NCBI GenBank assembly: GCA_963713865.1
Contig: OY970208.1
Coordinates: forward strand, 1,280,001-1,344,000
Length of the DNA: 64,000 bases
Direction: 5' to 3'
Source: an uncultured candidate division Zixibacteria bacterium
GTDB lineage: Bacteria; Zixibacteria; MSB-5A5; RBG-16-43-9
Shown here: positions 1 to 10,088 of the stretch, one piece after another
Position numbering within the stretch: the stretch's first letter is position 1
How the letters are laid out: every line of letters begins with the position of its first letter
The notes under the pieces: model-generated
What the model was told of the DNA's origin: nothing
Seen by the model: only the letters and a program-made list of their open reading frames with translations
Database searches by the model: none
Translations under genes and position numbers: made by a program

Positions 1-1
1 T

Positions 2-145
2 TCATCTTTACCAGATGGATGTAATATAACACTGGTTGATCCGAAACCTGAAAATATTAAAGAAAGATTAGAAAAACTGGGACTAAGGATAAATAAAATA
101 TTCAAATCGTTAAATGAATATCTATCAGAGCATGAACATTATTGA
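2..145 (+). CDS. 3' end of a gene entering the window (SSLPDGCNITLVDPKPENIKERLEKLG...EHEHY*), function uncertain
   Basis: Open frame from the window edge to TGA at 143-145, co-directional with the HerA-like gene. Confidence 0.5.
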   Translation, partial: SSLPDGCNITLVDPKPENIKERLEKLGLRINKIFKSLNEYLSEHEHY

Positions 146-151
146 ATACTG

Positions 152-180
152 GTAGGGGCAATTCATGAATTGTCCCTACA
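152..180. repeat. GTAG-type REP-like palindrome
   Basis: gtaggggcaattcatgaattgtccctac; related copies near 11321, 23970, 43860, 52131, 56101. Confidence 0.7.
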
Positions 181-194
181 TTTAAGGAGCAAAA

Positions 195-1760
195 ATGGAA
201 TACAAAGGTAGGATCATCGGGAAAAGTATTACCGAGATTTATTTCCGGACTTTTTATGAGGAGGAGCTTCATTTAGGGGATATTTTGGTGGCGCAGGATG
301 AGGAAAAGAATCTTCCTTTCTATCTAAGGGTGGTGGAGGTTAGTTACGGAGTCGAAGCAACTGATCCGGACTGGGCTTCCCGCACTGCGGGGAATATGAT
401 GCTCCTGGACCGGCAGAATGAGTCCTACCAGTTTCAGGAAAAGGAAAGGAGACTTTTCAAAATCGGGAAGTGTGTTCCCTTAGGTTATGTTAAGAACAAT
501 CAGTTCAGAAAACCGAAAACCATACCGGAACATTTTTCCAGAGTTCGCACTCCAGACAATGAAGATTTTCTTTTCCTGAAAAAATATATGGGGGATATAG
601 AAATTGGGCAACTGCGTTCCGGCGTAGAGATAATTGATTTCAAAATAGGAATCTCCGGAGAGCTTTTTCCCTATCATATCGGATTATTCGCTACCACCGG
701 TATGGGAAAAAGTAACTTGATGAAGGTGTTAGCCAGTTCAGTTTTAGAATCGGGCAAATACGGAATGCTGATTCTGGACCCGCATGGCGAATATTATGAT
801 GGAGGCGGTGACCCGAAACATAAGGGGTTGATTGATCATCCCTTAGCAAAAGAATGGCTGAGAGTCTATTCTTCCAGAGATTTGAAAGGTCCTTATAATA
901 AACTCAAGATAAGTTCCAGGGAAATAGAGATCAAGGATGTCAGGCAGATCTACGGATTCACACAGGCACAGGTAGAGGCGTTATATGCCTTAGCTCATCA
1001 TTTCGGGAGGGATTGGCTGGAGGGACTGAAGAGAAGCTCCATTCAAGAGCTGGCGATGAGCTTGTCCTCTGGCGGTGCTTTTTTTGAATCGACTATCGGG
1101 GTAATACAGAGAAGGGCTGAACAGATATTAAGGCTTCCATTTGTACATGGCGACCCGAATGTTTCAATTACTTTAAATGTGATTAATGACCTCGCTTCAG
1201 GCAAAGTGATTTTAATCGACACTTCCAATATGTCAGAACAGGAGGAGCTTTTGATCTCAGCGGTTCTGGCACGGGCGGTTTTCTCCAGGAATAAAGAAGC
1301 ATATCAAGACCCGGCTAAGTTTAAGAAGATTCTGCCTACTTTGATCGTGATGGAAGAAGCCCAGAGAGTTTTATCTCAAAAGGGCGAAGCGGATATTAAT
1401 ATTTTTGCTCAAATCTCAAGAGAAGGAAGGAAATTCAAGACCGGGCTTTGTGCCATTACTCAACAGCCGAAACTGATCGATGAAGAGCTTTTGTCCCAGT
1501 TCAATACCCTTTTCATTTTGGGTTTAGCAGATGAGCGTGATAGGAATATCCTGAAAAGCTCTGCTAAGCAGGATATCTCCGATTTAGGAACAGAGATTCA
1601 GATGTTGGAAGCAGGGGAGGCTTTGATCACCTCGCCTCAAGCACCTTTTGCCATACCAGCTAAGGTTTACTTATTTGAAGAATGGCTAAAGGAAAGAAAA
1701 AACGTTTCGAAAGATAAGAATTCCTTGGATGTAAAAGTGGATGAGGGGTTTTTTAAGTAA
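195..1760 (+). CDS. herA: HerA/DUF87-family helicase-translocase ATPase with N-terminal HAS-barrel
   Basis: Walker A ATTGMGKS, ILDPHGEY, Walker B MEEAQR, REGRKF and TQQP motifs; RBS aaggag. Confidence 0.8.
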   Translation: MEYKGRIIGKSITEIYFRTFYEEELHLGDILVAQDEEKNLPFYLRVVEVSYGVEATDPDWASRTAGNMMLLDRQNESYQFQEKERRLFKIGKCVPLGYVKNNQFRKPKTIPEHFSRVRTPDNEDFLFLKKYMGDIEIGQLRSGVEIIDFKIGISGELFPYHIGLFATTGMGKSNLMKVLASSVLESGKYGMLILDPHGEYYDGGGDPKHKGLIDHPLAKEWLRVYSSRDLKGPYNKLKISSREIEIKDVRQIYGFTQAQVEALYALAHHFGRDWLEGLKRSSIQELAMSLSSGGAFFESTIGVIQRRAEQILRLPFVHGDPNVSITLNVINDLASGKVILIDTSNMSEQEELLISAVLARAVFSRNKEAYQDPAKFKKILPTLIVMEEAQRVLSQKGEADINIFAQISREGRKFKTGLCAITQQPKLIDEELLSQFNTLFILGLADERDRNILKSSAKQDISDLGTEIQMLEAGEALITSPQAPFAIPAKVYLFEEWLKERKNVSKDKNSLDVKVDEGFFK

Positions 1761-2054
1761 GGTTAGATGTGAGATGGAAGATGTGAGACGAAAAAAAGGT
1801 TCAAAAGTTCAGATGTCCGAAGGTTCAGGGGGGAAAGAATTAATCATAGAACAAAAAAGGGAAGAAAAGTTATTCAATCAGATATTTTCTACTTTTAGAT
1901 TTTTAAAATAGTAAAAGGACAGAATCCACCTGAGGCGGATTCAGTTCCTACACATTCTGGCATCGTCACGGACTATGCACTCCAAAAAAGGGCGAGTGAA
2001 CCTCGCCCTTACAAATACATTTAAATGTCGGGCGTAAAGCCCAACGCTACATTT

Positions 2055-2804
2055 TTATTTTGCGATTCTCCTTTTTACTTTGCTCCAGGATGAGGTGGTG
2101 AGGAAGCTTTCTTCCATATTGCCTATCATCCGGGTGAATTTGTTTATCGGCACTGAGAAGGTTAAGGTCTCTTCGGGAACGCAGGGGCGGGCTGAGACAT
2201 CGAACATTCCCAAAACTGCTCGAGGGTGGTCTGAGTTTTTTTCAAGATAAGGATATTGAACGATTGAGCCGCAGCCAGCAGAAAACGGAGCAATTACTCC
2301 ACTGGATTCAACCTCATCAAAACTGGTCAGTGTAAAAAGCCCGGACAGGACATCAGGTGGTGAGAAAAAGATAACCACCTCAGGATGATCAAAATCATCA
2401 AGCTTATCCCATCTCTTGAAAATTATATATTTCGCTGGCGCTTTGAACTCCGGCATTTTTTTCATAATTTCTTTTACCATTTCCGGTGTTTTTTTGTAGC
2501 GCTCCCCTTCAAGTTTTCCGGGAATACCGCAGGAAAGGAAATACTCGAAATTCGGTCTTAGTGTCCGGGTAAATCCAAGGTATCTTTTTCCTCCTGCACA
2601 TCCAATGTTATCAACGCTGAAACAGCGAGATTTTCCCTTGCGCACGGGCGATAATGCACAGATCAGGCACCTGGTCTTAGGAGATAGTTTTGCTTCCTCA
2701 ATCTTTTTTACCTCGTCAGTATAATAGAAAGTTATTGGGAGATCTGCCCCATCAAAATATTTTTTCCAGAGCTGGGTAAATTTTGTTTTGATTTTCATAT
2801 CCAT
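2055..2804 (-). CDS. DUF169-family protein
   Basis: Cys motifs C-LIC, GCAGGKRYLG, PFSAGC and FDVSARP; start moved to ATG 2804 behind ggagg. Confidence 0.7.
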   Translation of the reverse strand: MDMKIKTKFTQLWKKYFDGADLPITFYYTDEVKKIEEAKLSPKTRCLICALSPVRKGKSRCFSVDNIGCAGGKRYLGFTRTLRPNFEYFLSCGIPGKLEGERYKKTPEMVKEIMKKMPEFKAPAKYIIFKRWDKLDDFDHPEVVIFFSPPDVLSGLFTLTSFDEVESSGVIAPFSAGCGSIVQYPYLEKNSDHPRAVLGMFDVSARPCVPEETLTFSVPINKFTRMIGNMEESFLTTSSWSKVKRRIAK

Positions 2805-3095
2805 AAATTGTTTCCTCCGATAGAAATTATTCTTTCTGATAGAAATGACCAACTATAGTAATATTAGGTAGTTATCTATTTTAAGTCAAGTTTAAAATTT
2901 CTTGACTTCAAATCTTTTCCACCTTGAGGGAATGTGGGGTTACCAATTTGGTGGAACAGACCTCTGGTCTGTTCTCAGGGATCAGACAGGAATGTCTGAC
3001 CTACTAATTCCTACATTGGGAGTAAGGTGGGGTTACCGATTATTTATATCGAGCAGAAAAAACAGGTCACACGGCTGAAAGCTGCTCTACAAACA

Positions 3096-4415
3096 CTATA
3101 TCCCACTGAACTGCACATCTTTAAAATAGAGACTGGGCAGTCTTAGGGAGGAATATAGGTAAGGGTCGTTTCCCACTTCCACCAGCTGATTTAAGAACTC
3201 TGTAAAATTCCCGGAGATGTTCATCTCGTGCACCGGTTTTACGATTTCACCATTCTCCACATACATCCCGATAATCCCGAATGAGAAATCACCAGTGGTG
3301 GAGTTGGAATTCCCTCCTATGAATCCGGTAACTAGAATCCCTTTTTTCATACTCTTGACCATCTCATCCAACGATTTTGTGCCATAATCTGTGATGATAT
3401 TTGCTGCAGAACCTGAGGTAGGCTCCATCCCCAACTTTTTACCGTAATAAGTATCTATATAATAACTTTTCAAAACACCGTTATCCAATATCACCCTTCT
3501 CTTAGCTGCCATCCCCTCTCCGTCAAACAGTCTTGAACCCAGACCAGAGAGGACAAAGGGGTCATCTATCAGGGTGAGTTTATCCGAGCCGATTTTCTGT
3601 CCTAACTTCCCTTCCAAAAAGGAGCTTTTCTGTTGAAGTGCGTAGCCGCTCATCGGTTCAGACAGGGAGTAGAAAATCCTCCAGTTGACCCGGTTCTCAA
3701 CTACCACATCATATAAGCCAGACTGCAGTTTAACCTGTCCTAATTTATTTAAGGCGCGTTTAACTGCTGATTTTGCCAAAACCTCTGAAGCTGGTAAATC
3801 CTTATGGAAACGAACCGTGCGCCAGTCCCAATCTTCAGGTCTGCTTTTTTCGTCCTGCACAGTTACCTCTGCTCCGGCAGAAAAGATCGTACCCCGGTTC
3901 TCCCCCTCAAATCCGTTGCTGTGAACTTTTGTCGATTCAAAGAAAGTGTCAGAATAACCTGCGGTGCAGGATATGATTTTATCGCTCTGAGAGGAGGCAA
4001 TTTTCTCGATTTCTCCTGCGGTTTTCACTCTCTGTTCGGGGGTGACCTTTTCATAGTCCGGGTCATAAATCTGCAGGTCAACTTTCTTCTGCCCTTCGTA
4101 ATATTTTGGGTCCGGGAGGGAGCGAAAAGGGTCCTGGCTCAAATATTTGGTCATCGAGACTGTTTCCGGGATAAGGCTTGAAAGGGAGTCTTTGCGGGTG
4201 TCATTAGTGGAATTGCTGGAATAACGCTGAGTTACATAGACAGACAGACTTAAGGAGCTTTCTTTTGACTCCTTGAGTTTTTCCAGTTTACCGTCTCTAT
4301 ATTCCACCTGAATGTTCCTGTTGGTGGAAACATTGACTGCCACCTCATCGGCACCGCTTTTCTTAGCCTGTGTCACTGCCCAGTGAGCTAACTCCAATCT
4401 TTCTTTTCTATTCAT
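3096..4415 (-). CDS. pmbA: TldE/PmbA family protein
   Basis: FDGEG and TTGDFS motifs, no HExxH, directly downstream of TldD. Confidence 0.85.
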   Translation of the reverse strand: MNRKERLELAHWAVTQAKKSGADEVAVNVSTNRNIQVEYRDGKLEKLKESKESSLSLSVYVTQRYSSNSTNDTRKDSLSSLIPETVSMTKYLSQDPFRSLPDPKYYEGQKKVDLQIYDPDYEKVTPEQRVKTAGEIEKIASSQSDKIISCTAGYSDTFFESTKVHSNGFEGENRGTIFSAGAEVTVQDEKSRPEDWDWRTVRFHKDLPASEVLAKSAVKRALNKLGQVKLQSGLYDVVVENRVNWRIFYSLSEPMSGYALQQKSSFLEGKLGQKIGSDKLTLIDDPFVLSGLGSRLFDGEGMAAKRRVILDNGVLKSYYIDTYYGKKLGMEPTSGSAANIITDYGTKSLDEMVKSMKKGILVTGFIGGNSNSTTGDFSFGIIGMYVENGEIVKPVHEMNISGNFTEFLNQLVEVGNDPYLYSSLRLPSLYFKDVQFSGI

Positions 4416-4473
4416 ATCTCTAACCCTGTTTTTTGAAGTTATCGAAGTTTTTTTGAAAGCTAACGTTTTAGTT

Positions 4474-6015
4474 TTATGAGGTTACTCCTCCTACCGTTAT
4501 GGCCGAGACTTTGGTGGTTGGAAGACCATCTGAAACCGGAACTCCCTGGCCATCTTTGCCACAGGTTCCTCCACCCTCCTCTAATTTGAAGTCATCTGCA
4601 ACCATTACTATCCTTTTAAGCACCTCAGGACCATTCCCGATTATATTTACATCTTTGACCGGTCGGGTCAGTTTGCCATCCTCAATCAGAGACCCTGATT
4701 TGACATAAAAAGTAAAATCTCCTGCCCCTATATGCACTTCACCGTTGGTAAATGATTCCGCATACAGTCCCTTTTTCACGCTCTGGATTATCTCCTCCCT
4801 GGTATGGGGACCGGGAAGCATATAGGTATTTCTCATTCGCGGAATGGGAGGGTGGCGGAAAGACTCTCTTCTTGCGTTTCCAGTAGGCTTGACTTTATAA
4901 TGCTTTGAGCTGATATAATCGTGCATATAGCTTTTCAGGATTCCGTTTTCGACCAGGAAGGTTTTCTCGGTGATATTCCCCTCATCATCTATGTTGATCG
5001 ATCCGCGGGAATTAGGATAGGTGCCGTCATCCACTATACTGACAAAGCTTTCCGCCACCTTCTGATTCATTTTATCCGAGAAGATCGAAATTTTCTTGCG
5101 GTTAAAATCCGCTTCCATACCATGTCCGATTGCCTCGTGCAGAAGAATGCCTGAGTTACCTGCAGCCAGAACCACCTCCATCTCCCCTCCTTCAGGCTTC
5201 ACCGCCTCAAATAAAGCCACAGTTCTTCTGACTGCTTCATCTGCCAGAAGATTTTCCCTTTCAGAAGTGTAGTACTCGATCCCCTGACGTCCACCCAAAC
5301 CGTAATAGTTCTGTTCCTTTCTTACATCCTCCTCGGCATTGCATGAAACATAAATCATAGTCATCGGCTGATAATCATAGGCAATTTTACCCTCCGAGTC
5401 TGCTACCAGGATATAGGTGCTCTCGTCATTGAACCAGATCTGGGACTTAATCACCCTTTTATCATTAGCAAATACTCTATCATTTATCTTCTGAAGGTAA
5501 GGAATTTTCTTATCTATTTTGACTTCTTCCCACGGGTTTTCAATCGGATAATAATTAGGTGCAGGATTTAGTTTTAACTCCTGAGGAGGTAAATTCCTAC
5601 TCTGGCTGGCTATGTTAGCTGCGGTTTTGGCAGCCAGTTTCATCGCCTGTGGAGAAAGGTCTTCAGTAAAAGAGTAACCTGTCTGCTCACCTTCAATTAC
5701 CCGAATCCCCACCCCGTAATCCACATCGGTGTAGGCTCGGTTGACTGATTTATCCTCCAGACCTATCCAGTTAGTGATGCGGTGCTGGAAGAAGATATCG
5801 CAGTAATCTCCACCTTTCTCCAGGGCTGCTGCCATAACCTCCCTTATAATCTTCTCATCCACCCCGAAGTGTCTATAGTAATCGCTTAACTTTCCATCTT
5901 CTCCCGGGGAAGAAAAAGCCAGCAAGGGGTCTGCCTTGAAGATAAAAGGAATCGTGGCAAAAGCCACCCCCTGGGCACTCCATTTCAAAAACTCCCGGCG
6001 TTTGATCTTATCCAT
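4474..6015 (-). CDS. tldD: TldD metalloprotease with twin-arginine-like signal
   Basis: LLHEAIGHGMEAD, IDDEG, RMRNTY and CGKDGQ motifs; N-terminal KRREFLK. Confidence 0.88.
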   Translation of the reverse strand: MDKIKRREFLKWSAQGVAFATIPFIFKADPLLAFSSPGEDGKLSDYYRHFGVDEKIIREVMAAALEKGGDYCDIFFQHRITNWIGLEDKSVNRAYTDVDYGVGIRVIEGEQTGYSFTEDLSPQAMKLAAKTAANIASQSRNLPPQELKLNPAPNYYPIENPWEEVKIDKKIPYLQKINDRVFANDKRVIKSQIWFNDESTYILVADSEGKIAYDYQPMTMIYVSCNAEEDVRKEQNYYGLGGRQGIEYYTSERENLLADEAVRRTVALFEAVKPEGGEMEVVLAAGNSGILLHEAIGHGMEADFNRKKISIFSDKMNQKVAESFVSIVDDGTYPNSRGSINIDDEGNITEKTFLVENGILKSYMHDYISSKHYKVKPTGNARRESFRHPPIPRMRNTYMLPGPHTREEIIQSVKKGLYAESFTNGEVHIGAGDFTFYVKSGSLIEDGKLTRPVKDVNIIGNGPEVLKRIVMVADDFKLEEGGGTCGKDGQGVPVSDGLPTTKVSAITVGGVTS

Positions 6016-6259
6016 ATCCTATCCTCCATCAATTTTTTAAAAGGTTAACTCCTGATATTTTGATTTGGGAAACTATTATCGGCTGGGGTGTTTATATAAA
6101 GCATCATTATAAAGAGGTAAGGCAAAAAGTTATACTCAACTTATTTTACGATAAAAGATAGAAAAAGTTCTATTTTTTAAAGTTAGGACAGGGATAAGCC
6201 CTGTCCCTACAAAAAACTCTTTTTTAAAAAGCCTATAGAAACACCATTTTACCGTGATT

Positions 6260-8690
6260 TTATAAGTTCCACCAGTAATTGATTTTCAATAAGAAAGTAT
6301 TTCCGGGCACTGTATCGAAAAGGTTGTTCCAGTCGCGTTTGAATTTGAAATTACCGATATTTTCAGCAGTTTCGCGGGATTGAGTCCAGACTAAGAACAG
6401 GGTGCTTCCCGGTCGATATTCCCAGCGTAAGACCACGTTGGAGTTGAAAGACTTCCAGTTGAAATCTGGCTGGTAATCTCTTTCGTTGAAAACGGTTGAA
6501 TCCACATATTCATATTTGTCCGGAGGGATGAATCTTTTGAAGTTGTTATAATCCACTGCAGCAATGAAGGGTTGGGCATAGACCTGTAAGGTCAGATCTT
6601 TGGTAAAGGTGAAAGTTCCCCTTAAGGTCATATCGAATCGTTTAACTTCCTCCTCGCCAAAGGATGTCATCAATCCTGTTGCCATCGCTATCTGTGAGAT
6701 AAGTTAGCCATCTGGAAACGCCCCGGGAATGCATATAGCCGGGACCACCGCTGAATTCGAGATTAGATTTAGGAGTGAAATTGAACCAGAGGCCATAGTA
6801 ATTATAATGTCCATCCTTGGTATCTCCACCCTCTATATTTGGATTAAACTGCCACCATTTTCTGCTATCTGTATTCAACCAGAACCAATAGCTTTGTCCC
6901 CAGGGGATTTTGACTGTCGGTCCACCTCTGGTCTCACGGTCATCATAGGTAACATCAAAATCTAACCAGGTTCCACCACCAAAATTCCAGTTATTTACCA
7001 GCTCTATAGAGTTATTGAAATTCCATCCCTGGTTCAGTCTCAACCCGGATAAATTTTCAGTGATGTCAAGGTTGAAATTATTATAGGTTTTGCTTATAAG
7101 CCACCATTTTTTTGTGGTTTTGTATTGCAGCCAGGCTTCGATTTCTTTGAAGCCAGAACGTCTAAAAAATCCCAGGTGATTCAACTGTAGTTTATCATCA
7201 ACATATAGTCCCTCTATCGTTCCAAGGATATGCTCTCCGCCTTCCTTGTTAAAACTTAACCATCCACCATAGCCATCCTGCTCGGGTTCGGTTCTGGAAC
7301 CCACCATCTGCCCTTTAAAACTATAATCGCCTTTATGAAAGCGTAAAGTCCAGTCTACTCCTCCGGTTTAGGCAGGTTGAAAGCTTTTCTGATTAACTGC
7401 GGTTAACATTACTCCCACAGTAGAATTTCTTAAAATATCCTGCATAACCCGACCTACAAAGTAGTTTGCTTCTGGTTCTATGACCTCTGTTTTTCGATAA
7501 CCGTCTTCGTGCATAAACTCCGCTTTTTCCCTTTGAGTTACTGCCTCCAAAATCCCGATGGAAGTTCCACCTTTTGTTTTTCCACTGAGTTTCCCTGCAG
7601 CTAAGATCGTGGTGGAACTGGGCTTTTTAAGATAGTAATCTACACCATCTGGTATCTGAGAGGGCATTTTTCCAATACGGCGAGAATAAAAGAGGTCTGC
7701 CGGGGTCTCAAATATCTTGAATCCTTCAAGGAAAAAAGGGCGTTTTTCTTGATAAAAGGTTTCGAAAGTCGTCAGGTTCAGGACAGTCTGGTCTGCTTCT
7801 ACCTGACCGAAATCGGGATTTACCGTAGCATCCAAGGTTATATTGGAGGTGATACCATATTTGAGGTCAAATCCCACGTTTCCAAAGAAATCCCTGCCAT
7901 CCGGATTACCCAGATTTTTAGGTTCGGTCTGTTCGTAAGAGACAGCATAGGGGAGTACTTCTAATCTTTTTGGAGCGGGGATTTTATCCAATCCTTTCAA
8001 ATGACCGAAATGAGAAACAAAACCGCTTGCTTTTTCCGGGATATAGACCCACCGGTCCAGTTCATTGTTGTGTCTTATCTGCCGGCTAAAGTAAATCCCC
8101 CAGACCGGGTTTTGCTCAGAAGCAAAGCGTAAGCAGTGAAAAGGGATTTTAAATTCAGCAGTCCAGCCGGAACTGGTTCTACGGGCAGCAGAGTCCCAGA
8201 TGCCATCCCAGGAGTCATCGCTCCAGTTGTCATTATAGTAATATGAGTCCTTCTGCGTTCCAGACACATATAAGGTGAAAGCATAAGCGGTTTGGTGGTC
8301 GTGGTGGCTATCTATTATCACGTTGAACAGGTCATTATCTGCCCACCTATCCCTTCGGGTTAACCGGCTGATGATTTTGTCCGGCTTTGAATCGTATAAA
8401 TCTACACCTACATATAGAGCATCATCGTCATATGCTACCCTGACGAATGTGGATTCTGTGGCAGGTTTTCCTTCATCCGGCTGATACTGGATGAAATCCC
8501 CTGAGCGAGGTGCTTGTTGCCAGAAGTTCTCATCCAGCACGCCATCTATTTTTGCTCCCTCATTAATACGGATAGCGGTGATGCTTTTAACAGTATCCTC
8601 GTCTGTTTTTTGAGCTAAGATATTTGTAGAGCTTAAATCAAGGGAAAAGAAGAATGCTAAAAAAGTGAAGATCCGCTTGCAACTTTGCAT
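6260..8690 (-). pseudogene. CBM9-like/DUF5916 outer-membrane protein interrupted by an in-frame TAA (7368-7370) and a frameshift (~6660); pseudogene or sequence error
   Basis: IDGVLDE, TVNPDFGQVEAD, EKRPFFLEG, LFYSRRIG and C-terminal NVVLRWEYRPGSTLFLVW motifs spread over three ORF pieces. Confidence 0.75.
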
Positions 8691-9014
8691 TTCAGTTCCC
8701 TCAGGTTTTGTTTGATTTTTCCAAGGAACATTGCTTAGAGATCAGGGAATTCATCCCTTATTCGATATATCTCTTTATACTTAAATAACAATTGAAAGGT
8801 TTCTTAATTTTGAGATATTTTAAAGTAATAAACCTCAATGAATATTATTATATTTTCCCGTCAGGTCAGTGGACCTGCTGGACACAAGAATACCTTTAAT
8901 ATATGCAGAGTGCTTCGTCGTTCCCTACGGGGTCTCCCCGCAATGACAGGGTCCTGCCGGGCAAAATCGATATTTTCTCAATGGTAAAAAATAAAAGGTG
9001 AAAGTATATAAAAT

Positions 9015-9063
9015 AAGTCTAAAGGCTATAGGCTAAAGTCTAAAGTCAAAAATCTAATAGCGA
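9015..9063 (+). repeat. Degenerate heptamer tandem tract
   Basis: aagtcta aaggcta taggcta aagtcta aagtcaa aaatcta atagcga; similar tracts at ~9700, 9941, 13372, 18387, 53950. Confidence 0.7.
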
Positions 9064-9278
9064 ACACTAAAAATAGCCTCACAGCAGATTAAAGGGATTA
9101 AGCTGAAAAATACTTCAAAGAAGAAGGCTAAAATCTAAAGGCTAAAGGCAAAAGGCGAAAAAAATGACTGATGTCGGATGACGGATAAAAGAAAAAAAGT
9201 TAAAAGATAAAAATATTCTAAAGTCTAAAAATCAAAAAGCTAACAGCTAAACGCTAATAGCGAAGAAAGGAGGAAAAA

Positions 9279-9698
9279 ATGGGAATAAGGGAACAGGATT
9301 TAGAGGTGACCGGGGCGATTTATGCTACTTTTTCCATTAAACAAACTTCAGGTATGGATGACCTAAAAGACCAGGATTTGGGAAAGGCAGTACAAATAAC
9401 TTCTGGCAATACGGTTGGTCCATCCACAGATGGGTCGATGGTTCTGGGTAAGTTAGTGGATTTATCATTGACCGATGCGGACAATGGTAAGAGGGTGGCT
9501 ACTGTTCAGCTTAAAGGGATTATGACGCTACCTATTACAACAACTTATCCGGTGGTAGGAAATCGGGTAGTGGGTGGAGCGAACGGAACCGTAAGGCAAG
9601 CTCCAGTTTTGACCGGGTATGATCCGGCTGGAGGGAATTTAGCCAGAGGAACGGTTATTGCGGTGAGTGGGACAATGGAATGTACGCTTATTCTATAA
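9279..9698 (+). CDS. Putative phage head decoration/cement protein (DUF2190-like)
   Basis: 139 aa, beta-rich, GKAV..G.TV and ATVQLKG pattern; immediately upstream of the capsid gene; strong RBS aaggagg. Confidence 0.6.
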   Translation: MGIREQDLEVTGAIYATFSIKQTSGMDDLKDQDLGKAVQITSGNTVGPSTDGSMVLGKLVDLSLTDADNGKRVATVQLKGIMTLPITTTYPVVGNRVVGGANGTVRQAPVLTGYDPAGGNLARGTVIAVSGTMECTLIL

Positions 9699-9827
9699 AA
9701 AAGTCTAAAGGCTATAGTCTAAAGGCAAAAGGCGAAAACAAATGACTGATGTCGGAGGGTGAATGACGGATGAAAGATAAAGGGAAAAGGAAGATGATAA
9801 AAGTTCAAGGGAAGAAGAAAAGATGCT

Positions 9828-9922
9828 GTCATTGCGAGAAGTCCCCATAGGGGACGACGAAGCAATCTACTCAGTATAGACAGGTTGCTTCGTCTCGCCT
9901 CCGGCAGCGGACTCGCAATGAC
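9828..9922. repeat. Paired GTCATTGCGAG...GACGAAGCAATC inverted-repeat element
   Basis: Two arms in inverted orientation; related copies at ~8909, 23235-23333, 26967, 52974, 56196, 60064. Confidence 0.75.
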
Positions 9923-10088
9923 AGGCAGATAAGATCATTAGGCTAAAGTCTAAAGGTTATAGTCTAAGGTCCTTAGATCAAAAAGCGAATAGCTAGTCAC
10001 GAAAGAAAAAACCAGGAGTGCGAAAGCTTGCTTTTGCTGATTTCGAAAAGCATCAGCACGCTGATGCTCTCCAGAGAAAGGAGAAAAA

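Noticed and set aside
7368-7370. Stop-codon reassignment or readthrough
   Set aside because: TAA terminates many normal genes in this window; single instance.
9000-10080. CRISPR array
   Set aside because: Repeats are degenerate heptamers and palindromes without constant repeat-spacer periodicity; no cas genes.
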